DNA from: Octopus bimaculoides
Lineage: Eukaryota
Direction: 5' to 3'
Assembly (NCBI RefSeq): GCF_001194135.2
Contig: NC_068989.1
Location: 73,551,790-73,605,517, forward strand
DNA length: 53,728 bases
Within the stretch, counting starts at the first letter, position 1; the number at the start of each line of letters is the position of its first letter. Positions 13,332 to 25,661 of the stretch are shown here, in pieces. Position numbers and translations under genes: made by a program. Under the pieces are notes generated by a model, which had not been told where the DNA came from, searched no databases, and worked only from the letters and a program-made list of their open reading frames with translations.

Positions 13332-13375
13332 AGTTGCTGATGAATTCTCAACATAGGACTGAAACTAGTCTGGTT
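13332..13375 (+). ncRNA. Minimal type I hammerhead motif, core intact, stems decayed
   Basis: CTGATGA (13337-13343), imperfect stem II attct/aggact, GAAA (13361-13364), palindromic CTAG, then TC (13369-13370). Confidence 0.5.
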
Positions 13376-13657
13376 GGCCCCTCTTTTTCTTTTCATGAAG
13401 AAATTGCCTGTATAGACACATATCATGACTGCTGATAATCTGATCATGCTTTTTCATTTATGGTATAGCATGGAGACAAAACACGTAATGTGCCAGTAAG
13501 TATTTAATCTATAAATCTCTCTGAATTTTTATCTATCTGCCTGTCTGTCAGTATATATATATGTATGTATATATATACATATATANNNNNNNNNNNNNNN
13601 NNNNNNNNNNNNNNNNNNNNNNNNNNNNNNNNNNNNNNNNNNNNNNNNNNNNNNNNN

Positions 13658-13710
<53 letters not shown>

Positions 13711-15197
13711 TTATGTATATTTGTGTGTTTGTTTAACTATTTTCTTGCCTACCACCTATAAATTCAGATACTGTTTAAACAGAAGAAGCATTGTTTTGAT
13801 AAGAAATTTAATATTAGTCTATTTATCAGAGTAATCTTATTAAGAAAAAGCAAAAAAATTCAGAGATGATATCTGAATTGTTTAGACTAGTTGCTTACTC
13901 AGGGAAAATGACTGTTATTAATTTGAAACTGGCATCATTTTCGTCATCATCATCATCATCATCATGGTCTTCATCATCATAATCATCGTCATTGTTGTCG
14001 TCATCATCATAATCATCGTCATCGATGTCATCATCATCATCATCATCAATATTGTTATCGTCATCATTGTCACCACCATCATCATCATCATCGTCGTGGT
14101 CAGCATATAATGTCTGTTTTCCATGTTGGTATGAGTTGGATGATGTGACAGAATCTGACAAGCTGCAGGACTATGAGGAACTTCAGTGTCAAGCTTTGGT
14201 AACTTAGGAATGTTGGTTAAAAAGTTATGGTGGGGTGGACAGATTAGTCTTACTTGATACAACTGGAAATTATTTTTCTGAATAAATAATAAGAAAATTA
14301 TAGAAAAAATAAATAAATAAATAAATAAGATTAAAAAGAATTCTTTTAAAAAAAGACACAGGGGCACTATTTGGCAAATAATTCTCTAGTTGATATCAAT
14401 CTTCATAATGTTTTTTGAATGTGGTAAAGTGGCAGAAATATTATAACAGCAATAGTTTTTGCTTCAAATCTCCATATTCTGAGTTCAAACCCTGTCAGAG
14501 TCAATGTGACCTTTCATCCTTCCAGGATCATTGTTACTAATAATGATTAACCATAATTTTACAGATGCAAGATCAAAAGTAATCCATTCGTGATCATTCC
14601 CTCTATGCTTTTTTTTTTTTTTTTGCAGATATTGCGTTTTGTTATCCAGAATTCCTCTCCTACTTCTAGTTCACATTTGAGTGTCTGTCTGTCTGTCTGT
14701 CTGTCTCTATCTCTGTCTCGCTGAGAAAAGCTTCATTTACTGTCCTGGTATGAGTCTTGCTTGGGACATGGCCTTGCTAGCCTGGCCTACTATTCAAATA
14801 CTGTTTGGAACACTATGGTTGAGGTTACAGTAATTGCAAAAGTAGTGATTGTAGTCAAACATCTATGGCTGCTGTTGTTCTTGTTTACAACATTGAGTTC
14901 AAATTGTCTTAGTTGAGGAAACCTTTTATCTTTTCCAATGTTGTATTTGTTTAACCCATGGTCATCATTCATCGAGTTGGCTTATGGTCATATGTGTTGC
15001 AGTTTTAATCACACATTTTAAAATTTTATTTATTCATTAAATTAAAAAAAAAAACATTTTTAAGCATAATGAGTGCACATACAAGGACTATACCATTTAC
15101 ACTTTAGCATTTAAACTGAACATATCTAGCTAAAATATTCCACTTGTTTTATGTTCAAAGCAGCCAGATCTGGCCTCTTACTCTTATCTTACAATGT

Positions 15198-15861
15198 CGG
15201 ACACTAAACTCTACTTGCGAAGACCTGTTGAGGCAAGTGAAATCGAAATCGAACTAAATTTGTAGACTGGCACCCATGCCAACGTCTTCATTGAACGCTA
15301 AACTCGGCTTGCGAAGACCTGTTGGGGCAAGCGAAAGCGAAATTGTAATAGCACCAGTACCAGTAAATCACTAAGAGCACCGTCCAAGCGTGATCATCGC
15401 CAGAGCACCGTCCGAGCGTGATCATCGCCAGAGCACCGTCCGAGCGTGATCATCGCCAGAGCACCAGCTGTCTGGCTTTTGTGCAGGTGGCACGTAAACA
15501 GCACCATTTGAGCGTGACCTTTACCAACGTTGCCTTCCTGGCACTTGTGGCAGTGGCACGTGAAAAAACATTCGAGCGAGTTTGTTGCCAGTACCACTGG
15601 ACTGGCCCTTGTGCAGGTGGCACGTAAAATACACCATTTTGAGCGTAGCTGTTGCCAGTACCTCCTGACTGGCCTTCATGCGTAAAAGCACCCACTACAC
15701 TCTCGGGGTGGTTGGCGTTAGGAAGAGCATCCAGCTGTAGAAACTCTGCCAAATCAGATTGGAGCCTGGTGTAGCCATCTGGTTCACCAGTCCTCAGTCA
15801 AATCGTCCAACCCATGCTAGCATGGAAAGCGGACGTTAAACGATGATGATGATGATGATGA
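15198..15861 (+). mobile_element. Young RTE-related 3'UTR element with internal tandem subrepeats and (GAT)n tail
   Basis: CpG-rich. gaagacctgttg.ggcaag.gaaa matches the end of the RTE ORF at about 35150. Contains repeated gtgcaggtggcacgtaaa modules and ends catgctagcatggaaagcggacgttaaacgatgatgat. Confidence 0.75.
15374..15465. repeat. 28-bp tandem repeat x3.3
   Basis: AGAGCACCGTCCGAGCGTGATCATCGCC with one substitution among copies. Confidence 0.9.
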
Positions 15862-16560
15862 CATCATCCAAATCTTGATGCTACAGGATAATGCATGATT
15901 AATTCAAAACAATGTGAATAAATAAGCATTATATTTGACAGAGTAATCCAAATGTGAGAAGGTGAATGTGTTCTTCAAGTCTCAAGATGTTATGATATAT
16001 GAAATGATAGAGGTTTCATTGTTATTATTTATAGTAAACTGAGCAAACCTCATTGTTGAGGTTCCCTTGTTGGCTTGTAAGAAACATCAGTTGTTTTAAT
16101 TAGCTTACTTCCTTACTACTTCATCATTTGAGAGAATGTCTATCAATCTAACAGCCAAAACTTTCTAAGAGCTTCTACAGTTAAATGCTAGTCCTTGTTT
16201 CTACACAAGAAATCAATACATTTAAACCAACAAGAACCAATTTTTTTTCTCTTTTTCCTCCCGCTAGCTATAAATCAAGAAATTTATGGAAGTCTGTAAG
16301 GGAAATATAAATCAAATTAAAGATAAAAAAGACCTCAGGTTTTGATTTCCTGTTTGTCAGAGAGATTCTTACAAAAGATATCTGCAATGCAGGTTGCATA
16401 TAAATTTAGGTGTATATCATCTTGTCATAGATTACCTAGAAACTAACTGTATGGTTGCAGGTCATAGTACCTTGGTGCTATTCAATAGTATTGTGAAACT
16501 GGAGCTGCTAACTTTAAAGAATTCAGTCAGATATGTTTTCACTTTATAATCAGCTTATAC

Positions 16561-16601
<41 letters not shown>

Positions 16602-17497
16602 NNNNNNNNNNNNNNNNNNNNNNNNNNNNNNNNNNNNNNNNNNNNNNNNNNNNNNNNNNNNNNNNNNNNNNNNNNNNNNNNNNNNNNNNNNNNNNNNNNN
16701 NNNNNNNNNNNNNNNNNNNNNNNNNNNNNNNNNNNNNNNNNNNNNNNNNNNNNNNNNNNNNNNNNNNNNNNNNNNNNNNNNNNNNNNNNNNNNNNNNNNN
16801 NNNNNNNNNNNNNNNNNNNNNNGATGCACTTGTATAATAATTTTAATGAGTTTTTTTTTTGATTTGCTTGTATTTATTTATAACTCTGGAATACCAATAT
16901 CACATTTGTCAATGGCTGCTTAAGTTACTTACCAAAGAGGATTGTTTATGTGTGTTTGTGTGTGAGCTTGCTTGCGCATGAATGTGTGTGTGTATCTGTT
17001 TGGCTGTCTGTACTTGCGTAATTACATTACATTACATAAACACAGGCTTGTGTAGTAATACACACAAGTACATGTCTGCTTCTTTGTCTGTTCTGTATGC
17101 ATATATGTTTGTGTGTGTATGTGTGTCTGTGCGTGTGTATAAAGGGTATGCATGTATGTAATCTATGTGCATTTGTTTATCTATATAATGTATGTGCGCA
17201 TCATCATTATCATCATTTTAACATCCATTTTATCATGCTTGCATTGGTCGGATGGAGCTTATTGGTGCAGATTTTCTACAGGTGGATCCCTTTCAATTGT
17301 CTTTCTAAGCAAAGTAATAAAGTAATAATTTGCCATGGTCAAACATGTTTCTATGGAATACTGAAAACGACTGGAAAATGAATGAAACAGCTTGTATCAC
17401 AGAGACAATTAGTTACAACTATGTCATTGTATCAAAATGAAGAAGACACAAACACCCCTCCAGCACACTTGCATACCACATATATATTATACACATA

Positions 17498-17528
<31 letters not shown>

Positions 17529-18235
17529 CTACTACATATGTGGGAAATTCTGTTCGTGGGTATGTTTGTGGAGTTGTTAGCTAACTCCTACATCGTTTTA
17601 TTTGTTTTGATGAAACTTGACACATGAGTAGAACTCATGTCTGGAAACCTCATGGCATGCTCAGATTGTTGAAAAAATAGATAATAGTGCCCCTAGAAGG
17701 GATCCTTATATATATCTAATATATTTTATTTAAAAAAACCAAGGAAAATAACCCATTCGCCCTTGGATCCTTACATATAGCCAAAGGAAATAACCTTCTG
17801 GGCATCCATTTAGCCGTGATCCTGAAGTCGCTAACTACTAGTCTATGTTGTGTGTGTGTGTGTGTGTGTGTGTGTGGATATATATATAATATACACACAC
17901 ACACATAAATACTCACACACATATCACTTATGTACATACACACACACATGTATACTGATACGCGCATTCATATACATGGGTGTGCATGTACATATATACA
18001 CATACAGACACACACACATGCACCTATCGACTTAAATACATATACACATGTATTCATACATTTCTTGTACTTTTTAACCCTTATGTCTATTCACACACAC
18101 ACACACACAAACTTTCCTACCAACCTACCAATCTACCCACCCACATACTGGCAATTGTAGCAATTGTCTGCAGCAGCTGGAAGTAATTCCAAAATACTGC
18201 TAGACATTTTAAAAGAGATATTTCTTTTCCTTTCT

Positions 18236-18269
<34 letters not shown>

Positions 18270-18585
18270 NNNNNNNNNNNNNNNNNNNNNNNNNNNNNNN
18301 NNNNNNNNNNNNNNNNNNNNNNNNNNNNNNNNNNNNNNNNNNNNNNNNNNNNNNNNNNNNNNNNNNNNNNNNNNNNNNNNNNNNNNNNNNNNNNNNNNNN
18401 NNNNNNNNNNNNNNNNNNNNNNNNNNNNNNNNNNNNNNNNNNNNNNNNNNNNNNNNNNNNNNNNNNNNNNNNNNNNNNNNNNNNNNNTATATATGCACAA
18501 ACAAAAACACAAACAATTGCAGCGTGGAAGGTATATATTAAAAACACACAAAATCTGTTATATTCACTTCAACATTTAAATTTAA

Positions 18586-18636
18586 TTTGTCAAAATATTT
18601 TCATTGCTTTGAAACCACGACCTGTTCGCTGACAAA
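18586..18636 (-). ncRNA. Hammerhead-like motif with G3/C8 core swap
   Basis: Minus strand tttgtca-GCGAACA-g-gtcgt(ggtttcaaa)gcaat-GAAA-atat-TT-tgacaaa. Perfect 7-bp stem I and palindromic helix III AATATT. Confidence 0.5.
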
Positions 18637-18850
18637 ATTCCGTGCTGCATCAAGTGACTTGCTATGCAAGTACACCTCTATAATATATAGTGGTTGTGTG
18701 TGTATGTGTCTGTATGTATATATATATATATATTTACATATTTGCATGTATTTATATGTATATAAATGTACATAGATATTTATCTGTGTGTGTGTTTGTG
18801 CATGTGTGTGCATGTTAGTGTGTATATGTATATACATGTATGTGTATGTA

Positions 18851-18887
<37 letters not shown>

Positions 18888-19189
18888 NNNNNNNNNNCAC
18901 ACACGCACACACACATATTCATATACATGTGTCAATACATAACATGTACAAATTCATATGCATGTATATACGTTTGTGTGTGTGTGTGTGTGTTTGTTTT
19001 GTACACATACACAGATGCATACATGTTTCAATTTTGCTGATGGTGACAATTCTGGTAGCAGGTATGATAGGAGGTGCTGGTTGTGGCAACTGAAACAGCA
19101 GTGTTATTGCTAGATTTCATCTGGATCAACTCGTTCTGTTTCGATTTATTTATGTTGTTTGACTTTAGGCGATGTATCTGTTTATGAGT

Positions 19190-19592
19190 AGGTGTACTGG
19201 CTACAACATTGAACAAAACCTAGCAAATATCAAATCAGTGGTGGGGCACTTAACTAAAACATTGAGCAACACTTTGCAGATGTGGCTAAATTGGTTGGTA
19301 GGAGCACTGGCTAAGGCATTGAACAAAACCTAACAAAAATCAATGAGAGATGGGGGCATGAGCTAAAACATTTAGCAAGACCTTGTAGATATAAGACTTT
19401 GATAGGAACACTGGCTTAAACATTGAACAAGACTTTGGAGGTAGCTAGGTGCACTGACTAAAATGCTGAACATGGTTTTACTGATATAAGATTAAATGTA
19501 GGTGCAGTGGCTACAATATTGAACAAAACATTGTTGATATCTTATAAGAGATAGGTGCATGGGATACATCTAAGGCAATTGAACAAAGCTTG
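19190..19592. repeat. Degenerate minisatellite, about 8 units of roughly 43-57 bp
   Basis: Recurring core AGGTGCACTGGCTAAAACATTGAACAA(A/G)AC with variable linkers. Confidence 0.8.
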
Positions 19593-20599
19593 CTGTTAGT
19601 TGTGAGGATTATAATGATTTTGCTGTTTATTTGTGGATGTGTTGGGTTTCTGGAAAATCCTACGAAGGCCAGTCAGATTATTATTATTATTATTTGTAGT
19701 AGTAGTAGTAGTAGTAGTAGTATGATAATGATGATGGCGATAGTTCATCATGTTTGTCAGTAACCAGAGCATAAAATATGTGACATTTTTTAGGGCTGTG
19801 TATAAAAGAAGATAAATAGTAAACTAGAGCATTGCTTTAATGAAATCACCTTGAAAAACATCAGATTCATAAACACCAGTTTCATATACATACCTGCACA
19901 CACACATACACACACACACACATACACACACATGCACACAATCTTATTTTTCCTATCTAAATTGTCGTGGGTTATTAATTTAGTATTTTATTAGTTTCTT
20001 GTCACTAGATTTATTGGACTGATATCCCAAAACACAGGTTTTTTTATAGGTTGATTGTAGTGGGTGTGGTTGTAGTAACAGTTGTGGTAGCGAAAGTGTG
20101 GTTGCAGCAGTAGTAGTAGAAGTATTAGTAGCAGTAGCAGTAGCAGCAGCAGTAGCAGTATCACCATTATTGTCATCATCAGTATTAATATCCAGAGCTG
20201 GGTTGGTGGGAAACAAGATTGTAGAAACTAGGACACAGAAGATGGTAATTAAGGAAGGCAGGTATCATATCTTGATTGAATAGCATGTAATATAAGTAAA
20301 TAAAAAGAATAAAACAAAACAAAACAAAAAAAAAATGATGCTGGAATAGGTCCATCAATTATGATAATAAACTCTATGAAACACGTTTGCTGATGATAAT
20401 TATATAACATGACAGAAGCAAACCACTCATTATAGTTATGGCAATAACTCAGGAGAAAACAGAAAAGAGAGAAAAATAATGGTTCAACTGAGATGAATAA
20501 GGTTTGGAAGCCAGAAGCCTCATGATTATACAAAGAATTGGACAAGGAAGGACACAAACATTCAAAAATATAGAACAAGGATTCCTCTCAGAAACAAGG

Positions 20600-20890
20600 A
20601 AAACTATACTGCTACTGCTGCTGCTGCCTTATCTATTTTTCTTTTTCTTCTCATTCTTCTCTTTCCTCTCCACCTCCTCCCTTTTCTTTTCCTTCTTATC
20701 CTTCATCTCTCCATTCTTCTTTCTCTTCTTCTTTTCCGCCTCCTCCCCTTCTCCCTCTCCTCTTCTGCTTCCTCCACCTCCCCTTCATCTCCTCTGCTTC
20801 CTCTCCTCCTCTTCTCCCCCCCTTCCTCTCCTCTGCTTCCTCTTCCTCCTCTTCCTCCTCCCCTTCCTCCTCCTCCTCCTCCATCATCAT
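20600..20890. repeat. Polypyrimidine (CT/TCC/TTC)-rich tract. Other simple repeats: (CT)n(CA)n 2486-2641, (GTA/GCA)n 20100-20180, (CA)n 42427-42510, (AAC/CAC)n 52480-52735
   Basis: Direct inspection. Confidence 0.9.
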
Positions 20891-21569
20891 CACCTCATGT
20901 TTTTTCATTGTTCCTCTTCTGCTCCAACATATTCACATCCCATCCATGTAAGCATGGAAAACTAGACATCAAAACACTGACAATGGCATTACAGAAGTAT
21001 GGCATTACTGATAGCTTTGCCAAATTCTGTTTCCTAAAACCTATTTCCTCATAAACTTCTGTGTGAGTTGGAACTCAAATAAAGAAATATGCTTTGCGTT
21101 ACATAATTCTACTTTTTAGTGAGATTTTCAGGAGCGTAATGTTACAGCATGGCTGTCTAGCTGAGAAGTTTGTTTCATAATGTGGTTTGGGGTTTAGGAC
21201 CAATGCATAGTACCATGGGCAAGTGTCTTCTACTATAACCCCTGTCCAACCAAATTCTTGTGAATGGATTTAGAATGGATATTTAAAAAAGTCTGTCATA
21301 TATTTATATGTGTGTATGTGTGTGTAGACATGGCTTTGTGGTAAGAAGTTAGCTTCTCATCCACAGGGTTTCAGGTTCAATACATATATATATACAACAG
21401 GCTTCTTTCAGTTTCCATCTACCAAATCCACTCACAAGGCTTTGGTTGGCCTGAGGCTATAGTTGAAGACACTTGCCCAAGATGCTGCACAGTGGGACTA
21501 AACCCGGAATCATGTGGTTGGTAAGCAAGCTACTTACGGAACAGTCATTTTAATGAGTTGTATTTATTT

Positions 21570-21675
21570 ATCACCTGACGAAATGCATCTGCACCACTGG
21601 GTGCTCCTGAACCAGTTGTTGAGTGTCCCACCCAAGGGGAACCGATGCTAGATGTGTCGAAACAATTATCATGAT
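21570..21675 (+). ncRNA. Hammerhead motif with extended stem II, decayed
   Basis: atcac-CTGACGA-aatgcatct...agatgtgtc-GAAA-caatta-TC-atgat. Stem II has 8 pairs including 2 G-U; stem I has 4 of 5 pairs. Confidence 0.6.
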
Positions 21676-21745
21676 TAATAATAAATTCTCGTATATTCCA
21701 TCTTCCGTCTTTCATTTGCCATATATATATATGTGCGCGTGTGTT

Positions 21746-21777
<32 letters not shown>

Positions 21778-22159
21778 AGATCGAGAGAGAGTTAGGAAGA
21801 AACTGGTAATATTGTAATATATATGTTATAAAACATCAGCGCTTAATTTTGGAACTGAGCAAAGAACAAGCTTTTCAATAGCACTTGAAAGTTGTATGTA
21901 CCACATTCTTGCTAACTGCCTTGCCAAGTATCAAGTACATCTCAGAGTACCTGTCACATTTCAAATTAAGCTATAAACTAACATGTCTACATCCACAATG
22001 ACAACATTTGTTTCTTAGATAATTTATAATTCACTTATGCTCCTTCACCACCCAACATACACAAACAGATAATCTCTTCTACTTCTGTAAAACACAGTGA
22101 AGTATCACAATTTTGTTCTAAATCTCAGGTCAGAATTAATCCCCCAACATCATTATCAT

Positions 22160-22221
22160 TGTCCACTTTGCTTAATGTCCACTTTGCTTAATGTCCACTT
22201 TGCTTAATGTCCACTTTGCTT
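22160..22221. repeat. 16-bp tandem repeat, about x3.9
   Basis: TGTCCACTTTGCTTAA repeated exactly. Confidence 0.9.
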
Positions 22222-22279
22222 GCATGAGTCAGAGGGAATTTGGTGATGCAGATTTTCTACAGCCAGATGCATACAGCCA

Positions 22280-22312
<33 letters not shown>

Positions 22313-25239
22313 CAAGCATCTTTCAGTTTTGCATCTACCAAATCCTGTCTCAAGGCCTTGGTTGGCCTGAGATCTAAGAAGACACATGCCAAGGAGCTAC
22401 ACAGTGGAACTGAACCTAAAACTAGTTTAGAAGCAAAATTCTCAACGACACATCCGCATATGGAATATTAATATGCTGGTTTCAAATTTTGGCACAAGGC
22501 CAGCAATTCTTGTTGCCAACCCTCACATGTTTCCAAGCATGGTAATATCTTCCCATAGCTAGTCATGTTCCTCATGGAACACTGGAAATACACAACATCA
22601 CTTGTATGGCAGCAAGATTGTTTATAACTATCATGTGATGTTAAGACAAGGATATACACAAAAAACATACACACACACATACAAGAGGCATCTTTCAGTT
22701 TTGCATCTACCAAATCCTGTCTTAAGGCCTTGGTTGGCCTGGAATCTAAGAAGACACATGCCAAGGAGCTACACAGTTGAACTGAACCTGAAACCAGTTT
22801 AGAAGCAAAATTCTCAATCTCACATCCGCATATGGATTATTAATATGCTGGTTTCAAATTTTGGCATAAGGCCAGTAATTTTGAGGTGCGGTGGGTGAGT
22901 GGGGGTAAATCAATTAAATCAACCCTAGGGTACAACTGGTACTTATTTTATCAACCCTGAAAAGATGAAAAGCAAAGTGAACTTTCACAGAATTTGAATT
23001 CAAAACATAATGACGGATGAAATGCCGCTAAGCATTTTGCCTGGTCTGCTAACTATTCTTTTCTACTCTAAGCACAAGGCCCGAAATTTTGGGGGAGGGA
23101 GCCAGTCGATTAGATTGACCCCAGTATGCAACTGGTACTCAATTTTTTGACTCCGAAAGGATGAAAGGCAAAGTCGACCTCGATGGAATTTGAACTCAGA
23201 ATGTAAAGACAGACGAAATACCACTAAGCATTTCTCCTATATGCTAACATTTCTCTTAGCTCACTGCCTTATGAATAACTAATTAACAGCTAAGATTATA
23301 GTATAAATCATATAAGACGTTAAAAGCACTAATCTGCAACAGGAAAATACAAACACTGCTAGAAGAATGTGAGATGAGGTTGACTTTTGTTGGATTCGAA
23401 CTCACAATGCAAAGGGCTATAACTAAATACAGCGATTCTTTTCTGTTCTTTTTTTTCAGTGCTTTACTGAATCTGCTAATCTGCCATCCTTGGTACTTCC
23501 ACGAATTATTATTAACATTTTGTCGTTGTAATAGTAGTGGTAAAAATATTATATGACTAAATTATTTTGATCAGTTATTGATTTCTAAATTCAGTACAGC
23601 ACCACACCTTCTGTTCTGGAGTTAGAGAGTGGACAGTTGAATATATTAAACCCAGTAGCTGACTGGTACTTTTTTTATTGACCATGGATGTAAAACTGGA
23701 AAATCAATGTTGAACGGTAAAATATTGGTTTCAAATTTTGTCATTTGGCCGGCAATTTTTGGGGAAGGGATAACACGATTACATTCTCCCAGTGTTCAAC
23801 TGGTACTTACTTTATCAATCCTGGAAGGATGAAAGGCAAAGTTGACCTCAATGGAATTTGAAATCAAGAATGTTAAGATAGACAAATGCTGCTAAACATT
23901 TTGACCAGCTTACTAATGTTTCTGCCAGCTTGCTGTCCTAATGGAATGGTATATATGAACACTTTTCATAAGGCACTTACTTAGTCATCTGCGTATTTTT
24001 ATACCATGCCCCTTTCTTCCCAATCTTCATATTTTTTTTTTTACATGATGAATATAAGATTCAGAACATGCAAAAAACCTTTCCGTTTATTCTTAAGCAA
24101 CATAAAAAGAAGTATTTGCCTTTTAAAAAGGAAACAATAAAATTGAAAGACAATCCAATGCTTAATAAATGTTATTTTGAATGTTTATTTATATATCAAT
24201 TACTTGGATAACAAATACAAATGACTTGTAATAGGCACATTAATTATCAAAATAATGAGAAGTAACGCATATTCAAATGATGAAAGCATTAATCTCATAT
24301 TGTTGCATTTACTGAAAATTTTAAATTTCCATTGTTTCAGCTTACAAAAGATGAAAATGTAATTACATCTGGAAGCAAAATGTATTTATATGCTTCAAAT
24401 GTAAATAAAATATATTTGATTACATATGTATATATGTATATATGCATACATATATACAGGGATTTTTATATTCATAAAAGCATACAAAGTAAAAAAAAAA
24501 TATGTATATGTGTGTATAAAAAGTAGTGTAACATAAAAGAAATTCCTGAATGCTTGATGTTCCAAACAAATGAATTGAAAGACTATTTTAAAGACACTTA
24601 AAAACAAAAAAGTTTGAAGCAGCATACTAAAAGCTAGAAGGTAGTTAAAAAAAAAAAAACTATCACATTTAAATGAACAACTACCAAATAGAAACAAACA
24701 GGAAAGTGACAGAATGATGTATTACAGGAAGTTTTGCCTGTCTTTCTACAGAGGTCATAAATAATGATTTTCAACAGAAGACCACTTAAAATGGGTATAA
24801 GACTGTTCTGGTTTGGCGTCACCCATTTGGCATTGCTGATTCCACACTCACTTATTTGACATCACATGTGTTAATGTTTCTCCCATTCGCTTCTCCCATC
24901 TCAAGTTATGTGTGAACATCTAGTTGTGTTTGTAAGTATGTGTAATGTCACTCCTTCTTTCTCTATTTCTCTTGCTTCCCCTCTGTCTCCTCTCATTCCT
25001 TCTCTCTCTTTTTTTTCTCGCCTCCCCTCTCTCTATCTGAATGTATATATTTCTGTACCTGTGTGTGTGTGTGTGTGTGTGTGTGCGTGCACACATGTTT
25101 GCCTTTAGCACCAAAATGTTTTGTTGCCTAAACCAGACTGAATGTCCAGTCAGCTGTACCAAATCAACAGCATCCAAACAGTCCACATCTAATAGTTTCG
25201 TTCTGACTAACAATATAGGCCTACTACTAAAGTTAAAAG

Positions 25240-25553
25240 GAGGTGCAATAGCCTAGTGGTTAGGGCAGCGGACTCGCGGTCGGAGGATCGCAGTTTCGAT
25301 TCCCAGACCGGGCATTGTGTGTGTTTATTGAGCAGGAACACCTCAAGCTCCATGAGGCTCTGGCAGGGGGTGGTGGCAACCCTTGTTGTACTCTTTCGCC
25401 CCAACTTTCTCTCACTCTTTCTTCCTGTTTCTTGAGTAATGCTGCAATGGACTGGCGTCCTGTCCAGCTGGTGGGGAACACATACGCCATAGAAACCGGG
25501 AAACCGGGCCCATGAGCCTGGCTAGGCTTTAAAAGGGCACATAAAAAAAAAAA
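25240..25553 (+). mobile_element. tRNA-derived SINE family C, poly(A)-tailed variant
   Basis: Head ggaggtgcaatagcctagtggttagggcagcggactcgcggtc...gtttcgattcccagacc. 10-bp TSD ACTAAAGTTA at 25226-25235 and 25554-25563. Confidence 0.85.
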
Positions 25554-25661
25554 ACTAAAGTTAGAAGGAAATTAAGAAATATACACTGTAACTTCTTTGA
25601 TACAACCCACCGGAGACTGTTCAGGCTTCTGTGGTATGAAGTTCTTGTTTTAAAAACTAAT

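Larger units (their letters stand above)
15097..15968. mobile_element. Possible decayed piggyBac-type MITE split by the 15198-15861 insertion
   Basis: Left end tttacactttagcattt and right end aaatgtgagaaggtgaa loosely fit TTAA-CCCTTTAGCATT...AATGCTAAAGGG-TTAA. Both ends are degenerate. Confidence 0.35.

Noticed and set aside
19190-19592. CRISPR array, or LRR-like coding repeat (GALAKTLNKT)
   Set aside because: Eukaryotic context, degenerate repeats, related linkers and no cas genes. The tempting frame has stops in units 1 and 3, and unit lengths are not multiples of 3.
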